Counted from the first letter of the stretch, positions 51,135-61,616 are shown. The stretch is DNA of 64,000 nt from Chloroflexota bacterium (GCA_964291655.2 OZ219802.1:1920001-1984000); one strand, 5' to 3'. A program made the numbers and translations. The notes: a model not told the origin generated them from the letters alone.

Positions 51135-52313
51135 ATGGATGAAATTCGCGTCGGACTGGTCGGATTGGGGCATCGCGGGCTGCACTGGCTGCGCATGCTC
51201 GAGCGCATCGAGGGCTACCGCATCACAGCGCTGTGCGATCCGATTGTGACTCTGCACGAGCGGGCGCTGGATGCCCTGGAATCGCGCGAGGGCGTGAAAG
51301 CCTACGCTAGCTACGAGGACATGCTGGGCGATCCCCAGGTGGACGCGGTGGCGGTGACGGTGCGCTGCAAAGAGCAGGGCGCGCTGGCGGCCATGGCGCT
51401 GGAGGCCGGCAAGCACGTGAATACCGAAGTACCGGCGGCGCATACCCTGGAGGACTGCTGGCGTATCGTGCTGGCGCAGGAGCGGTCGGGGCTGGTTTAC
51501 CAGCTTGGCGAGCAGACGCGCTTCTGGGGCTACATCGACGCATGGCGCAACGTGGTGCGGTCAGGTAAGTTGGGACAGATCACGTTCTGCGAAGGACAAT
51601 ACATCGGTTACTACGGCACGCGGCAGTTTTTTCAGGATCCGGCTTCCGGTGAATTCGCGTCGGTGGATGAGCTATATGAGAAACCGGGGGCGCAGCCGAC
51701 GTGGCTGCACACCATGCCGCCGATTCACTACCTGCCCCACGAGCTGAGCCCGCTGTTGAAGGTGCTGAACGACCGGGTGGTGAACGTGACCGCCATGAGC
51801 ACCGGCACGCCCAGCTACTCGCACCCCGAAATCGGCCAGCCTGATATTCAGGTTGCGCTGATGAAGACGGAGAAGGACGCCATCCTGCGGCTGGTCTGCG
51901 GCTTCACCCAGCCGGCCTCCCACGGCATGGGCCACCACTGGTTTCACATCAGCGGTACCGGCGGCGTGCTGGAGTGGAAGCGCAGCGGCAGCGGCAAGCC
52001 GCTCATGTGGCTGGCCGACGGGCAGATGCACGACCTGGCGCAGATGGACTGGGGCCACGCCCGCACCGACGCCCCGGCCGCCGCTCGCGGCAGCGGTCAC
52101 GGAGACGCCGACTACTACGTCCACGTCTCGTTCCGCGACGCCGTGCTCGGCACAACCCCCCTGGAATTCGACGTCTACCAAGCCATGGATACCGCCGCCC
52201 CCGCCATCCTCGCCGCAGACTCGATAGACCAAGGAACGGAACTGCTAGAAGTCCCCAACTTCCGCCCAGGACCGGAGCGGAGGAAAGGTGAACCGCCGTC
52301 AGTCTGCAATTAA
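51135..52313 (+). CDS. Gfo/Idh/MocA oxidoreductase
   Basis: GLVGLGHRG, GKHVNTEVPA, GHGDAD. Confidence 0.9.
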   Translation: MDEIRVGLVGLGHRGLHWLRMLERIEGYRITALCDPIVTLHERALDALESREGVKAYASYEDMLGDPQVDAVAVTVRCKEQGALAAMALEAGKHVNTEVPAAHTLEDCWRIVLAQERSGLVYQLGEQTRFWGYIDAWRNVVRSGKLGQITFCEGQYIGYYGTRQFFQDPASGEFASVDELYEKPGAQPTWLHTMPPIHYLPHELSPLLKVLNDRVVNVTAMSTGTPSYSHPEIGQPDIQVALMKTEKDAILRLVCGFTQPASHGMGHHWFHISGTGGVLEWKRSGSGKPLMWLADGQMHDLAQMDWGHARTDAPAAARGSGHGDADYYVHVSFRDAVLGTTPLEFDVYQAMDTAAPAILAADSIDQGTELLEVPNFRPGPERRKGEPPSVCN

Positions 52314-52441
52314 GCAACTTGAGGGCGGGCTGACCGGAGGCGGATTAGTTCTGGACCCATAAGCTGATTGCCGGAAAGACTGCTCCAGCCCTTAATAGAG
52401 TTCTCGCAAGGACTGCAAAACAACTCTATTCTTGGTTGGCA

Positions 52442-53596
52442 CTATTCTTCAGAGCCATTGACGTCTTGGGTGTCATCTTCATCGAGGATTACGTCTGCAA
52501 TTCTAGGGTTTAGCAAGCGCCATCGCTGTCCAAGCCTCTCCAAGTCTCCCCTCATTACAACTGGAGCCTTGGCCCCATGTGCTCGCACAGCTCGCTCATA
52601 GTCGGACTGATCCAGAACTGCCACCACTGAGCGGTTGTGCCCGTCAATGGACGCACGAATAGAGACACTCCCTTCGACTTCCTCTTCTTCACGCTTGAGG
52701 GATCGTACAATTCCAAATAGTTGCGTATCCGGTTGCGGTTCACGGTCACGAAACGACCGAGCGGCCTCACGTAGGATTGGTACATCGTCTGCGTCGAAGT
52801 TGACATTCTCGCGCGTAGTAGTCATTGGGCGAGTTCTTGCCCAAACTACGCTTGTATCTAAACTGGGAAACGGTTCAATGAGCTTAACTAGTGCTTCGCA
52901 CAAGTTGGCGCTTACGCCGCGACCAATTGCTCTAGAGAACGCTTCAGCATCTCCTGAGGCAGTTTTTTCAGTAGCCTCGCGAGCAGCCCTCAGGGCACCT
53001 GCGAGGCGCTTTGTCACTCTACGTTCAATCGGATCATCGTCGGGTTCCATTTCCGGCAGTAGGTCTTGTTGAATTCTTGGTGAAACAACGGGAGCAAGTA
53101 ACGTCAGAGCGTAACTACCGTGCTCTGTCTGTCCCAAGCGTACCCGATCCAAATAGTCGCTTGCTTCTCTGTTTGCTCCCGCCCGATACAGTGCTCTTGA
53201 CTCATTCAACGAACATGCCGCAGCTAGGATCATCTCTTGGGCGCCACTCAAGAGATTTAGCCCATCGTTCACTGGAACGTCACCACTACCTTCGCCTTCG
53301 AAAACTCTAACACGAATAACATCGCGATCAGCTGTGACCAGATCGCGATACAATGTATGCTCATCTATTTCTGCGGCCTTAGCGAACACTTGAATCAACC
53401 TCGATACGACTGTGGCGTAGTCGCCAAGTCGCTGTGTCCTCGGCAGTATAATCTCGGGTAGCTCTTCACCTGCGTAAATGTCTGAGTAATCGCCGTAATC
53501 GCCTTCCTTGTCCCAACCTGCAGAGCGCGCATAGGCCGAAAGGGCTGCAGGGGAAACAGCAGCCAACGCTTCGCTATCCTGAATGGTAGCTCTCAT
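52442..53596 (-). CDS. Hypothetical protein coupled to the DUF4365 gene; probable C-terminal OB-fold
   Basis: 384-aa ORF whose start overlaps the DUF4365 stop (ATGA). N-terminal YARSAGW..IILP segment is HicA-like; C-terminal FGIVRSL...VVMRGDL is OB-like (both inference). Confidence 0.8.
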   Translation of the reverse strand: MRATIQDSEALAAVSPAALSAYARSAGWDKEGDYGDYSDIYAGEELPEIILPRTQRLGDYATVVSRLIQVFAKAAEIDEHTLYRDLVTADRDVIRVRVFEGEGSGDVPVNDGLNLLSGAQEMILAAACSLNESRALYRAGANREASDYLDRVRLGQTEHGSYALTLLAPVVSPRIQQDLLPEMEPDDDPIERRVTKRLAGALRAAREATEKTASGDAEAFSRAIGRGVSANLCEALVKLIEPFPSLDTSVVWARTRPMTTTRENVNFDADDVPILREAARSFRDREPQPDTQLFGIVRSLKREEEEVEGSVSIRASIDGHNRSVVAVLDQSDYERAVRAHGAKAPVVMRGDLERLGQRWRLLNPRIADVILDEDDTQDVNGSEE

Positions 53597-54093
53597 TGGA
53601 TTTTCCCTCTTTTAGACTGCTCCATCAAATTGCGCAAACTCTCGACGTCGAAGACGTTTTGCAATGGAATCGGCACCGTAATGGACTCTCTGTTCTCTGT
53701 TTCCTCAAGTCCATATAGATTTAGCCAATAGGCTCGGCGTCTCAAAACAAGCTTCTCTTTCGTGATCGTCAACCACTGTTCCTCTTCCTTTGGTAAGTCT
53801 AAAACGACTAACAGCCTTGGAGTTTGAGTGGGTCTGCGAAGTAAGTCATAGTTCCTACGTTTCAGACTAAACCGGAACAGTCCCTCCCTTGGCTTTCCCA
53901 AGTTTACAGTTGCTTTGAGCTGCAGTTCGAGAGCAGGACGCATCGCGCCACCAGCCTGGATTCGTAGGTCTATACCATCACGGTCTAGATCATATTCGGC
54001 AGTAACATAGCCGGCACGCGCGGCCACGGCTTGAACATAGGCTCGGGAAAGACCTTCTTCCTGGTCGGCAACTGTCAGAAGTGCGTCGGTCAT
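53593..54093 (-). CDS. DUF4365 family PD-(D/E)XK nuclease-fold protein
   Basis: QEEGLSRAYVQAVAARAG, DRDGIDLRI, ELQLKAT, NYDLLR, PRLLVV. Confidence 0.88.
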   Translation of the reverse strand: MTDALLTVADQEEGLSRAYVQAVAARAGYVTAEYDLDRDGIDLRIQAGGAMRPALELQLKATVNLGKPREGLFRFSLKRRNYDLLRRPTQTPRLLVVLDLPKEEEQWLTITKEKLVLRRRAYWLNLYGLEETENRESITVPIPLQNVFDVESLRNLMEQSKRGKIQ

Positions 54094-54186
54094 ACGGTAA
54101 GCTCCGTCTGCTTCTCAGTGTTCTCCTAAGGTACATCTATCCAAATTGACTTCAGCACTGTTAGTAGAGTGCCTGGCGGCTTCACA

Positions 54187-55014
54187 TCACTCACGCTCTC
54201 CTGAGAGATCAGCTAGCGCCGCCTTGAGGACCTGAAAACACACCTTAGCTGTGTGTTCATCAGGCGTGAAACTAGTGCTGAGCTGTTGATAGGGATGGAT
54301 GTAGTTTCGGAAGTCACGAAGGCCATGGCAAAACTTTTGCACATCGGGCTTAAGTAGCTCAATGGAGCAGGCTACGTTTATGAATTCCGCTAGAGTCCAT
54401 TGGTAGAAAGGCTTGACCTTACCATCTTGCTTTGGACTAATCGCTGACCTATTGAACTTTGCCGGATTTTGCTGAGCAGCACCAAGCAAGACTGCTTCAA
54501 GTACACTCCCGCAGAGAATTATCACTGACAAATGAGCTCCCGCGGATAGGGTAACTTGTGCTTCGCTTAAGCGTGACTCAATGATTTCTGCGACCTGCGC
54601 CTCAATCGGCAGCAGCTGAACGTTTGGAATGCTAAATTCCTTGCTTAGGAAGTACTCTCTGCCGAACCCTTCGTCAGGTTGAGAATCACCACTTAGCCTT
54701 GAGACGACTTGTCTACTCTCCTGCAAGAGGCTAGAGTCTACAGAATTTCCACTGATTGCACAGCTAGCCTCGTAGCGGTCAATCATCTCCTTAAGAACTT
54801 CAGCCACAATGTTGTCAGACTCGAGCATCCAAAAGGAGCGAAGCTTCTTGGCCTTTGAAGTCCCATAGGTTTGAAATTTCTTAGAATGGATGTCTATCTC
54901 ATGTGTTTGAAACAGCACGCCAAAAGTGTCGTCTGTATAATCAAGGACGTAACCGCCGCCCATCGACAAGATGCTCTCAAGATAGAGTCTCTCTACGTCC
55001 GTTAGACTGCTCAT
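54187..55014 (-). CDS. Putative HEPN ribonuclease with Abi-type N-terminal module
   Basis: C-terminal GSVLEAVL...LAEFI...LRDFRNYIHP (Rx4H). N-terminal MGGGYVLD...GTSKAKKLRSFW resembles modules I recall fused to Abi/restriction effectors. Confidence 0.75.
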   Translation of the reverse strand: MSSLTDVERLYLESILSMGGGYVLDYTDDTFGVLFQTHEIDIHSKKFQTYGTSKAKKLRSFWMLESDNIVAEVLKEMIDRYEASCAISGNSVDSSLLQESRQVVSRLSGDSQPDEGFGREYFLSKEFSIPNVQLLPIEAQVAEIIESRLSEAQVTLSAGAHLSVIILCGSVLEAVLLGAAQQNPAKFNRSAISPKQDGKVKPFYQWTLAEFINVACSIELLKPDVQKFCHGLRDFRNYIHPYQQLSTSFTPDEHTAKVCFQVLKAALADLSGERE

Positions 55015-55311
55015 ACTTTGATTTTCGCCTAATTCCCATGACCTTAAGTACTTGACTCTGCGTGCTGCACACTCGGCGTTGAAATCTTACAGATTCATGC
55101 TATGCATGATTCTTCCTAGCCCCTAAGATTCTATCCTATAGTCCCCCCTTTGTCGCTAGGAAACAGAATGCGATCTGAAGTCTCGCCAAGACTCTGCACT
55201 TAGTAAAGTATGGGTAGCTAGGTCGTAGGTACCACTTGGCCCATTCGACTTTAGAATGCAGGGTGAAGCCACTACATGACCCCGATACATTCATGAGGAC
55301 TAATGGCAATG

Positions 55312-56526
55312 CTACTCGGTTACCTTGCCAAATTTCCGCTTGCCGACTTGGAAGATCTGGCCCGGCTGGGCGGTGTAGGGCGTGTTGGTGTCGGTGATGC
55401 GGGTGTTGTCCAGGCGGACGCCGCCTTGTTGGACGAGGCGGCGGGCTTCGGAGCGGCTCTTGGCGAGGTTGGCGGCGATGAGGGCGTCGACGATGGTCTG
55501 TGCACTCCGTAGTGCGTCATCGAGGGCAATTATAGGAATGTCGGTTGGTAATGCGCCCTGGCGGAACATGCGCACGAACTCGGCCTCGGCGGACTGCGCG
55601 GACGCCTCATCGTGGAACTGGGTCACGATTTCGCGGGCGAGGTGGGCTTTCACATCGCGGGGATTGCGCTTTTCGGCTTCCATCTCCGTGAACATCTCGT
55701 CCAGTGTTGGCGTCGGAATGTCCGTGAGCGTTTCAAAGTAATCGCGCATCACCTCGTCGGAGAGCGACATCACCTTGCCGTACATGTCATTGGGCGCGTC
55801 GGTGATGGCCACGTAGTTGTCGTAGCTCTTGCTCATCTTGCGGGTGCCGTCGGTGCCGACGAGCAGCGGCCAGGTGAGGAACTGCTGCGGCGGCAGGTCG
55901 TGGGCGGGCATGATGTCGCGGGCCACCTGAAAGTTGAAGTACTGGTCGGTGCCGCCGAGCTCCACGTCGGCCTCGATTGCCACCGAGTCGTATGCCTGCA
56001 ACAGCGGATACAAGAATTCCACCACCGAGACCGCCTGTCCGCTGCCGTAGCGGGTGGCGAAGTCGGCACGGTCGAGCATGCGGTTCACGGTGTACTTGGC
56101 GCAGAGGCGCACCACGTCTTCCAGGGTAAAATCTTCGAACCACGACGTCTGCCAGGCCACCTCGATCTTGTCCACGTCCACGATCTTGCCCATCTGGTCG
56201 AGGTACGTCTGGGCGTTGGCGTGCACTTCCGCGGCGCTGAGCATCTGGCGCGTGTCGGAGCGTCCCGACGGATCGCCAATGCGGGCGGTCCAGTCACCGA
56301 TGATTATGATGACGTGGTGTCCCAACTCCTGGAACTGCCGGATTTTGCGGAAGCCCACCGCATGGCCCAGGTGCAGGTCGGGACGGCTGGGGTCCACGCC
56401 GAACTTTATGCGCAGCGGCTTGCCGGACCGCAGCATGCGTTCCAGGTCGGCGCGCACCACCGCATCCACCACGCCGCGGTTAAGAAGCCTTTCCAACGCC
56501 GCTTCCGATGTCTGTACCGTCGCCAT
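55312..56526 (-). CDS. tyrS: Tyrosine--tRNA ligase
   Basis: GVDPSRPDLHLGH, YPLLQAYD, GGTDQ, KMSKS, C-terminal S4 domain. Confidence 0.99.
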   Translation of the reverse strand: MATVQTSEAALERLLNRGVVDAVVRADLERMLRSGKPLRIKFGVDPSRPDLHLGHAVGFRKIRQFQELGHHVIIIIGDWTARIGDPSGRSDTRQMLSAAEVHANAQTYLDQMGKIVDVDKIEVAWQTSWFEDFTLEDVVRLCAKYTVNRMLDRADFATRYGSGQAVSVVEFLYPLLQAYDSVAIEADVELGGTDQYFNFQVARDIMPAHDLPPQQFLTWPLLVGTDGTRKMSKSYDNYVAITDAPNDMYGKVMSLSDEVMRDYFETLTDIPTPTLDEMFTEMEAEKRNPRDVKAHLAREIVTQFHDEASAQSAEAEFVRMFRQGALPTDIPIIALDDALRSAQTIVDALIAANLAKSRSEARRLVQQGGVRLDNTRITDTNTPYTAQPGQIFQVGKRKFGKVTE

Positions 56527-56770
56527 TGCGTACTCCTCAGGTCTCGAAGGTCACATGAAAGAAATCATTAGCCGTGAAGGATTCAGATGCGATTATATAC
56601 CGCACGAGGGATTTAGCAGAATTCGCGCTTTTGCCATTGCGCGGGCCACTGCCAGTCCAGGCCGCTTTAGACTGTCGGGACCGTCGACAATCTTGCATGC
56701 CGGACAGTTGTACGGGGGACGCCATGAAGCTGACCGAACCCAATACTCGGTTGCCTGAGTTGCCAGCGGT

Positions 56771-57181
56771 CTACTTCGCCCGCCCGCGTCGTGCCGCAAC
56801 GCCGCCAAGATAGGTGGAGACCATGAACGCCACGAGCATCCCAATGGGGAACCACAGCCGCGCCGGATAGAAAACATAGAATGAATAGGCGGCCCAAATT
56901 GAAAGGAGCCCGCCGATGGCGCCGGTGACCGCGACGACTTTGCCGCGTGCGACTTTAGCCCCAACAAAGCCGCCCACCAGTCCGCCCAGGGCGCCGGCAA
57001 GTATCACCAGCACCAGGCCGTTCGTCTCAGCGGAAGCCACGCGTAGCGCGGTGGCTTCAGGCGTTTCGGGGTCCATCAATTCCGCTGGCGTGGGATAGAA
57101 CCGGTCTGCCGCCACGCTGCCAAGAAAGAATACAACGTTGGCGACGATCACGCCGAGGACTACTGCCAGAATGTTACGCAT
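56771..57181 (-). CDS. Hypothetical 4-TM membrane protein
   Basis: MRNILAVVLG, four hydrophobic segments, P.WF motif. Confidence 0.75.
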   Translation of the reverse strand: MRNILAVVLGVIVANVVFFLGSVAADRFYPTPAELMDPETPEATALRVASAETNGLVLVILAGALGGLVGGFVGAKVARGKVVAVTGAIGGLLSIWAAYSFYVFYPARLWFPIGMLVAFMVSTYLGGVAARRGRAK

Positions 57182-57434
57182 GAGGGCCTCTTTTCCCGAT
57201 GGAAGTAGTTTCCTCCATTATATCTGTTGCAGGCATCTCCCCTTTGAGACCCTAGCGCAACTAGCTCCTGAGGGAAATGTGTTTACCCCATAGCGGGTGC
57301 ATCTCGAAGGTACCCTCGGACAGCCTGGTTGCCAAGCGGGGGACAAGACCCTAATCCGGCACATTTCCCGTTACGAGACAGTGACCAGGTGGTGCTGCCA
57401 CTTTCGCCAAAGCGCCGGGCTCGGTGAGACAGAG

Positions 57435-57468
<34 letters not shown>

Positions 57469-57699
57469 AGCCCCCGCGCTACAAGACAGAGAGGTCTTTG
57501 CGATGGTCTAGTCCTTCGACATGCAGGGTTCTTTGGCGCAGGTTGCAAACCTGCGCTACCGGAATCGGACTGCCCGGAGCCACACGCGTACAACTGATGG
57601 AGCGCCTGTGCCAACTATATCTATGTGAAGGACTGAAACTGCCATAGCTAGCGTACTGCGCCTGCACCTCATGTCTTCAAGTTTAGGACAGAACCCGCC

Positions 57700-58770
57700 T
57701 CACACTTCGCGCAGCGCCTGCACCACAGCGTCGGTGACATCCTGGGTGGTGGCGGTCCCGCCCAGGTCGGGGGTGCGTACCGTGCCGTTGGCCGTGACTG
57801 CTTCCATGGCGTCCATCACGAGTTGTCCGGCCTCGTGCTCGCCCAGGAAGTCCAGCATCATCGCGCCCGCCCAGAAAGCAGCGAGTGGATTGGCGATGTT
57901 CTGGCCGTGAATGTCCGGCGCGGAGCCGTGCACCGGCTCGAACATGGCAGGGTAGCGCCGCGTGGGATCGATGTTCGCGCTGGGCGGCAAGCCCAAGCTG
58001 CCCTGCAGCGCGCCGCCGAGGTCGGTGAGAATGTCGGCAAAGAGATTCGAGGCGACCACCACGTCAAACGACTCAGGACTGGTCACGAACCGCGCTGCGG
58101 CGGCGTCAACATGGTACTTGCTCGTTGCGATGTCGGGATACTCCTGGGCCACAGACGCAAAAACCTCGTCCCAGAAGACCATGTTGTACTGCATGGCGTT
58201 CGACTTCGTGATGCTCGTGACGCCGCTGCGCCCGTGGGACTGGGCGTAGTCGAATGCGTAGCGGATGATGCGCTCCACCGCCGTGCGGGTAAAGACGATA
58301 TTCTGCAACGCCACCTCGTGGTCGGTGCCCACGTGCACGCGCCCGCCCACGCCGGAGTACTCGCCCTCGGTATTCTCCCGCACGCAGACGAAGTCCACTT
58401 CCTCCGGCCCCTTGTCCCGCAGCGGGCCGTCAATGCCCCGCAGCAGCTTGATTGGCCGCAGGTTGACGTATTGTCGGAAGGCCTTGCGTATCGGCAGCAA
58501 CAGGCCCCACAGCGAGACGTGATCGGGCACCGTGGGATAGCCCACCGCGCCCAGATAGATGGCCTGGAACTGTTCCAGTGTCTGTAGCGCGTCGGCAGGC
58601 ATCATGAGGTCGTGCTGCAGGTAGTACTCGCAGCCCCAGGGGAAGTCGGTGTAGTTGAGCCGGTAACTGCCGGTCACGTCACCGGCGGCAGCGAGCACCT
58701 GCTGGCCGGCCGCGATTACGTCCGGCCCAATGCCATCGCCGCCGATGACGGCTATTTCGTACGTCTGCAT
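57700..58770 (-). CDS. Tartrate dehydrogenase / D-malate dehydrogenase (decarboxylating)
   Basis: GDGIGPDV, PDHVSLWGLL, RENTEGEYS, NLFADILTDL, EPVHGSAPDI. Confidence 0.93.
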   Translation of the reverse strand: MQTYEIAVIGGDGIGPDVIAAGQQVLAAAGDVTGSYRLNYTDFPWGCEYYLQHDLMMPADALQTLEQFQAIYLGAVGYPTVPDHVSLWGLLLPIRKAFRQYVNLRPIKLLRGIDGPLRDKGPEEVDFVCVRENTEGEYSGVGGRVHVGTDHEVALQNIVFTRTAVERIIRYAFDYAQSHGRSGVTSITKSNAMQYNMVFWDEVFASVAQEYPDIATSKYHVDAAAARFVTSPESFDVVVASNLFADILTDLGGALQGSLGLPPSANIDPTRRYPAMFEPVHGSAPDIHGQNIANPLAAFWAGAMMLDFLGEHEAGQLVMDAMEAVTANGTVRTPDLGGTATTQDVTDAVVQALREV

Positions 58771-58839
58771 ACGGGGTAGTCCTCCTCATCAGGTTGTCGG
58801 ATGGTATTCAGAATCGGTTTCAAAAGCGCTCGTCATTCC

Positions 58840-59106
58840 TGTAAGTGTTGAGTAATTCGCTGACGAAAACTTCTACTCACTGGACTGTGTCGAACGTACA
58901 TGTCATTCCGAGCGAAGCGTCGAACCCTGTTCGCGGAATCTAGGGTCCATGCTTCACACAGTACACTGGCTTCAGCACTCTAGATTCCGCGCTAAGAGCG
59001 ACACTTCGCTGCGCTCCGTTCGGAATGACTTGTATGCAGGCAAGCGCAGAGTCTTGCTCCTGTGATTCTTCTATCAAATCTGTCAACGAATTACCTGACT
59101 CTTGCA
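58840..59106. mobile_element. MITE family B, 267 bp, inside an RPE-like palindrome
   Basis: GTC-ATTCC|TGTAAGTGTTGAGTAATTC...CCTGACTCTTGCA|ATTCC-CGCGCAAGCGGGAATCC. Confidence 0.88.
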
Positions 59107-59316
59107 ATTCCCGCGCAAGCGGGAATCCATCTTCGCCGCGCACACCCTGGATTCCGGCTTTCGCCGGAATGACGATCAGAAAGCTGACCACAAACGAGGC
59201 AGCGCATAATTCCAGCGCACATCACTGCGTCGGTCAAATCAGTCCATGCTATTCTATACGAGACATTGAACCGCCCGATCACGATTGGCCCACTTGCAGC
59301 CGCGAGCAGCCGCCCT

Positions 59317-59994
59317 ATGGATAAACACACTCCCTATTATGAACTCTTGGAGGCCATCCGTGACTCCGGTTGTCCCATCTGTCGTTTGGCGATTCGCAGC
59401 GGCGACCGCTTCTTGGAGACGTACTCTTACGAACACGTCAACGACATAGAGATCCGGGACCTTGTGCGCGCGGCCAAAGGCTTCTGCCACAATCACACCT
59501 GGCGGCTCTTCCACGAACACAGCCCGCTGGGCACCGCATTGACCTACTATGACATTCTCGGCGAAGCCTCGCAGCAAATCGCCGCAGTGAGAGAACAGCA
59601 AGGCTTTCTAAGCAGCCTGGCCGGGCGCGTGCGCAAAGCGCTCACGCCGCAGGGCACGTGTCTCGGCTGCGACGCACAGAGCAACGCCGAGCAACGGCAC
59701 ATGGGACTGCTGCTGGAAACGCTGCGCGGCGACCGTGAAGCCCAAGACACGTATGGGATGTCCGACGGCCTCTGCTTGCTCCACTTGCGGGCCGCTTTGC
59801 GGTCCCGCCCCCCGCGCGACTCGACGGAAATCCTGCTGCGGGTGCAGGAAAAGCGCATCGCCGCCGTGCGTGAGCAAATGAGCGAGATCGTGCGCAAGGC
59901 CGATTATCGTGTGAAAGACCGCGTGACGCCGGAGGACATCGACAGCTTGCCCGCCGCTCTGGCGCAGGTAGTGGGTAAAGAAGCCTTGGAATAA
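59317..59994 (+). CDS. DUF6062-like protein with two CxxC...CxxH motifs
   Basis: GCPIC..YEHVND..GFCHNH; CLGC..GLCLLH. Confidence 0.75.
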   Translation: MDKHTPYYELLEAIRDSGCPICRLAIRSGDRFLETYSYEHVNDIEIRDLVRAAKGFCHNHTWRLFHEHSPLGTALTYYDILGEASQQIAAVREQQGFLSSLAGRVRKALTPQGTCLGCDAQSNAEQRHMGLLLETLRGDREAQDTYGMSDGLCLLHLRAALRSRPPRDSTEILLRVQEKRIAAVREQMSEIVRKADYRVKDRVTPEDIDSLPAALAQVVGKEALE

Positions 59995-60034
59995 GACCGC
60001 CCTGGCTTGCACCCGCAAGAGAAAGGACCGCACC

Positions 60035-60721
60035 TTGAAATACGAACGGATGTTTCCCGCCGAAGTAGAAGAACAACTCAAGACGCGGCCGATCGCCATT
60101 CTGCCGTGGGGCGCGTTGGAGTGGCACGGCTACCACCTGGCGATCGGCCAGGACGCTCTCAAGGCACAGGGCATTGCCGACCGCTGCGCCGAGGCGGCCG
60201 GCGCCATCTCGCTGCCGGTCGTGTGGTGCGGCTTCCAGACCATGAAGCCCCACGCCGGATTCAAACATACGTTGGAATTCCGCGATGAGACCGTGCGCAC
60301 GCTGGCGCGGGAGTACCTGGAGCAACTGGACGATGAGGGTTTCAAGGTCATCGTCATCATCACCGGGCACTACGGCGGGCTGCACGTGCGGGGATTGAAA
60401 GAGGTGAGCGAGTGGTACCAGCAACGACACCCCCACCTGAGAGTATGGGCCCTGCCGGAGCATGAGGTGGTGCACGACCTGGGCTACACGGGCGATCACG
60501 CCGGTAAATGGGAGACCTCGATCTTCTGGCACCTGCACCCCGAACTCACCGACGTTAGCCGCTACCGCACGGACCTTACCATGAAGGAGCAGGGCGTCGG
60601 CGGCGAAGACCCCTCCGTGCACGCGTCGCCTGAGCTTGGCGAGATGATTGTGAACGCAATCGCTGAGCGGGTGGCTGCCAGGTGCGGCGAGTTGCTGGCG
60701 GAAGTAGTGACCGACACATAG
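60035..60721 (+). CDS. Creatininase family amidohydrolase
   Basis: GALEWHGYHL..D, TGHYG, DHAGKWETS. Confidence 0.92.
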   Translation: MKYERMFPAEVEEQLKTRPIAILPWGALEWHGYHLAIGQDALKAQGIADRCAEAAGAISLPVVWCGFQTMKPHAGFKHTLEFRDETVRTLAREYLEQLDDEGFKVIVIITGHYGGLHVRGLKEVSEWYQQRHPHLRVWALPEHEVVHDLGYTGDHAGKWETSIFWHLHPELTDVSRYRTDLTMKEQGVGGEDPSVHASPELGEMIVNAIAERVAARCGELLAEVVTDT

Positions 60722-60726
60722 GCGCG

Positions 60727-61278
60727 CTAGAACTCGCCGTTGCACGTTTCAGCGTCCCAGAGCCCGCGCCCTGCGGCGCGCGCCTCCGCCTCAGCCGCTT
60801 TGAACGTCGCCTGGTACCGATACGGCGCGCTGTAGGTAAACTCGCGCGCGTAACCCTGGCGGATCACCCACTCGTTGTAGAGCACGTCGTCCACCCACGC
60901 GTACGCCAGCAGACGGTCGAAACGATCACGCCGGCCCTGCGACTCATCATATTCCAGCCGCACGGCCTTGCCGGCCAGCAACTCCTTGGCTTTGGCGGTG
61001 GCTTCCGGGCCAAAGCACTGTACGGGCCGTCCCGGCGCATTCGTTTCCGGCGCGTCTATGCCGATGAGGCGCACGGACTCGAGTCTGCCGCTCATACGCA
61101 CTTTGACGGTGTCGCCGTCTACGACGGAGACGACCGGGTAGCTGCCGTCGGCATCGCCCCACGTGGTGAATGCCCTGCCAAGCAGAATCCCTGCGATGAG
61201 AACAAGGAGCAAGAACCGCCAGCCGAAGAGCCGTCCTTTGCTCCTTGGCGCAAAGCGCCGTCTGCGTGTCACTGGCAC
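60727..61278 (-). CDS. Thermonuclease (SNase) family, membrane-anchored or secreted
   Basis: VVDGDT, VRLIGIDAPE, DRFDRLLAY, EAEARAAGRGLW. Confidence 0.95.
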   Translation of the reverse strand: MPVTRRRRFAPRSKGRLFGWRFLLLVLIAGILLGRAFTTWGDADGSYPVVSVVDGDTVKVRMSGRLESVRLIGIDAPETNAPGRPVQCFGPEATAKAKELLAGKAVRLEYDESQGRRDRFDRLLAYAWVDDVLYNEWVIRQGYAREFTYSAPYRYQATFKAAEAEARAAGRGLWDAETCNGEF

Positions 61279-61477
61279 TCGCTACTCTTTCCACGAAGTC
61301 ATTTCACCTGCCAATACTAGCAGCACTCCCCCCTGAAGACGTGACTTAGCCGCGATAGCCCCAGCTTAGAATCCGGCATAGATCGGATTACGGGAATCTC
61401 CCCCTCACCCCGACCCTCTCCCGCCGGGAGAGGGAGGTTTTCTCGCCTGCAGGTGCGTTTCGCAATGGTCTCCCCAG

Positions 61478-61616
61478 AAGGCTTTTGCATAACTCTTCAC
61501 CTTTGAGGGGGAAGGTTGGGATGGGGGTGAATTGACTTGACATTATGCTTTCTTTAGTTGTAAAGGCGCTCTGGATTCCGGCTTTCGCCGGAATGACGGA
61601 GTTACGCAAAAGTCTC
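61478..61616. mobile_element. MITE family D (about 139 bp; GAGACTTTTGC-type TIRs)
   Basis: AAGGCTTTTGCATAACTC / GAGTTACGCAAAAGTCTC with CCCAG duplication; homologue at 10213. Confidence 0.7.

Noticed and set aside
56527-56770. T-box riboswitch upstream of tyrS
   Set aside because: I could find no GGTGGNACCGCG T-box motif or terminator/antiterminator pair on the minus strand.
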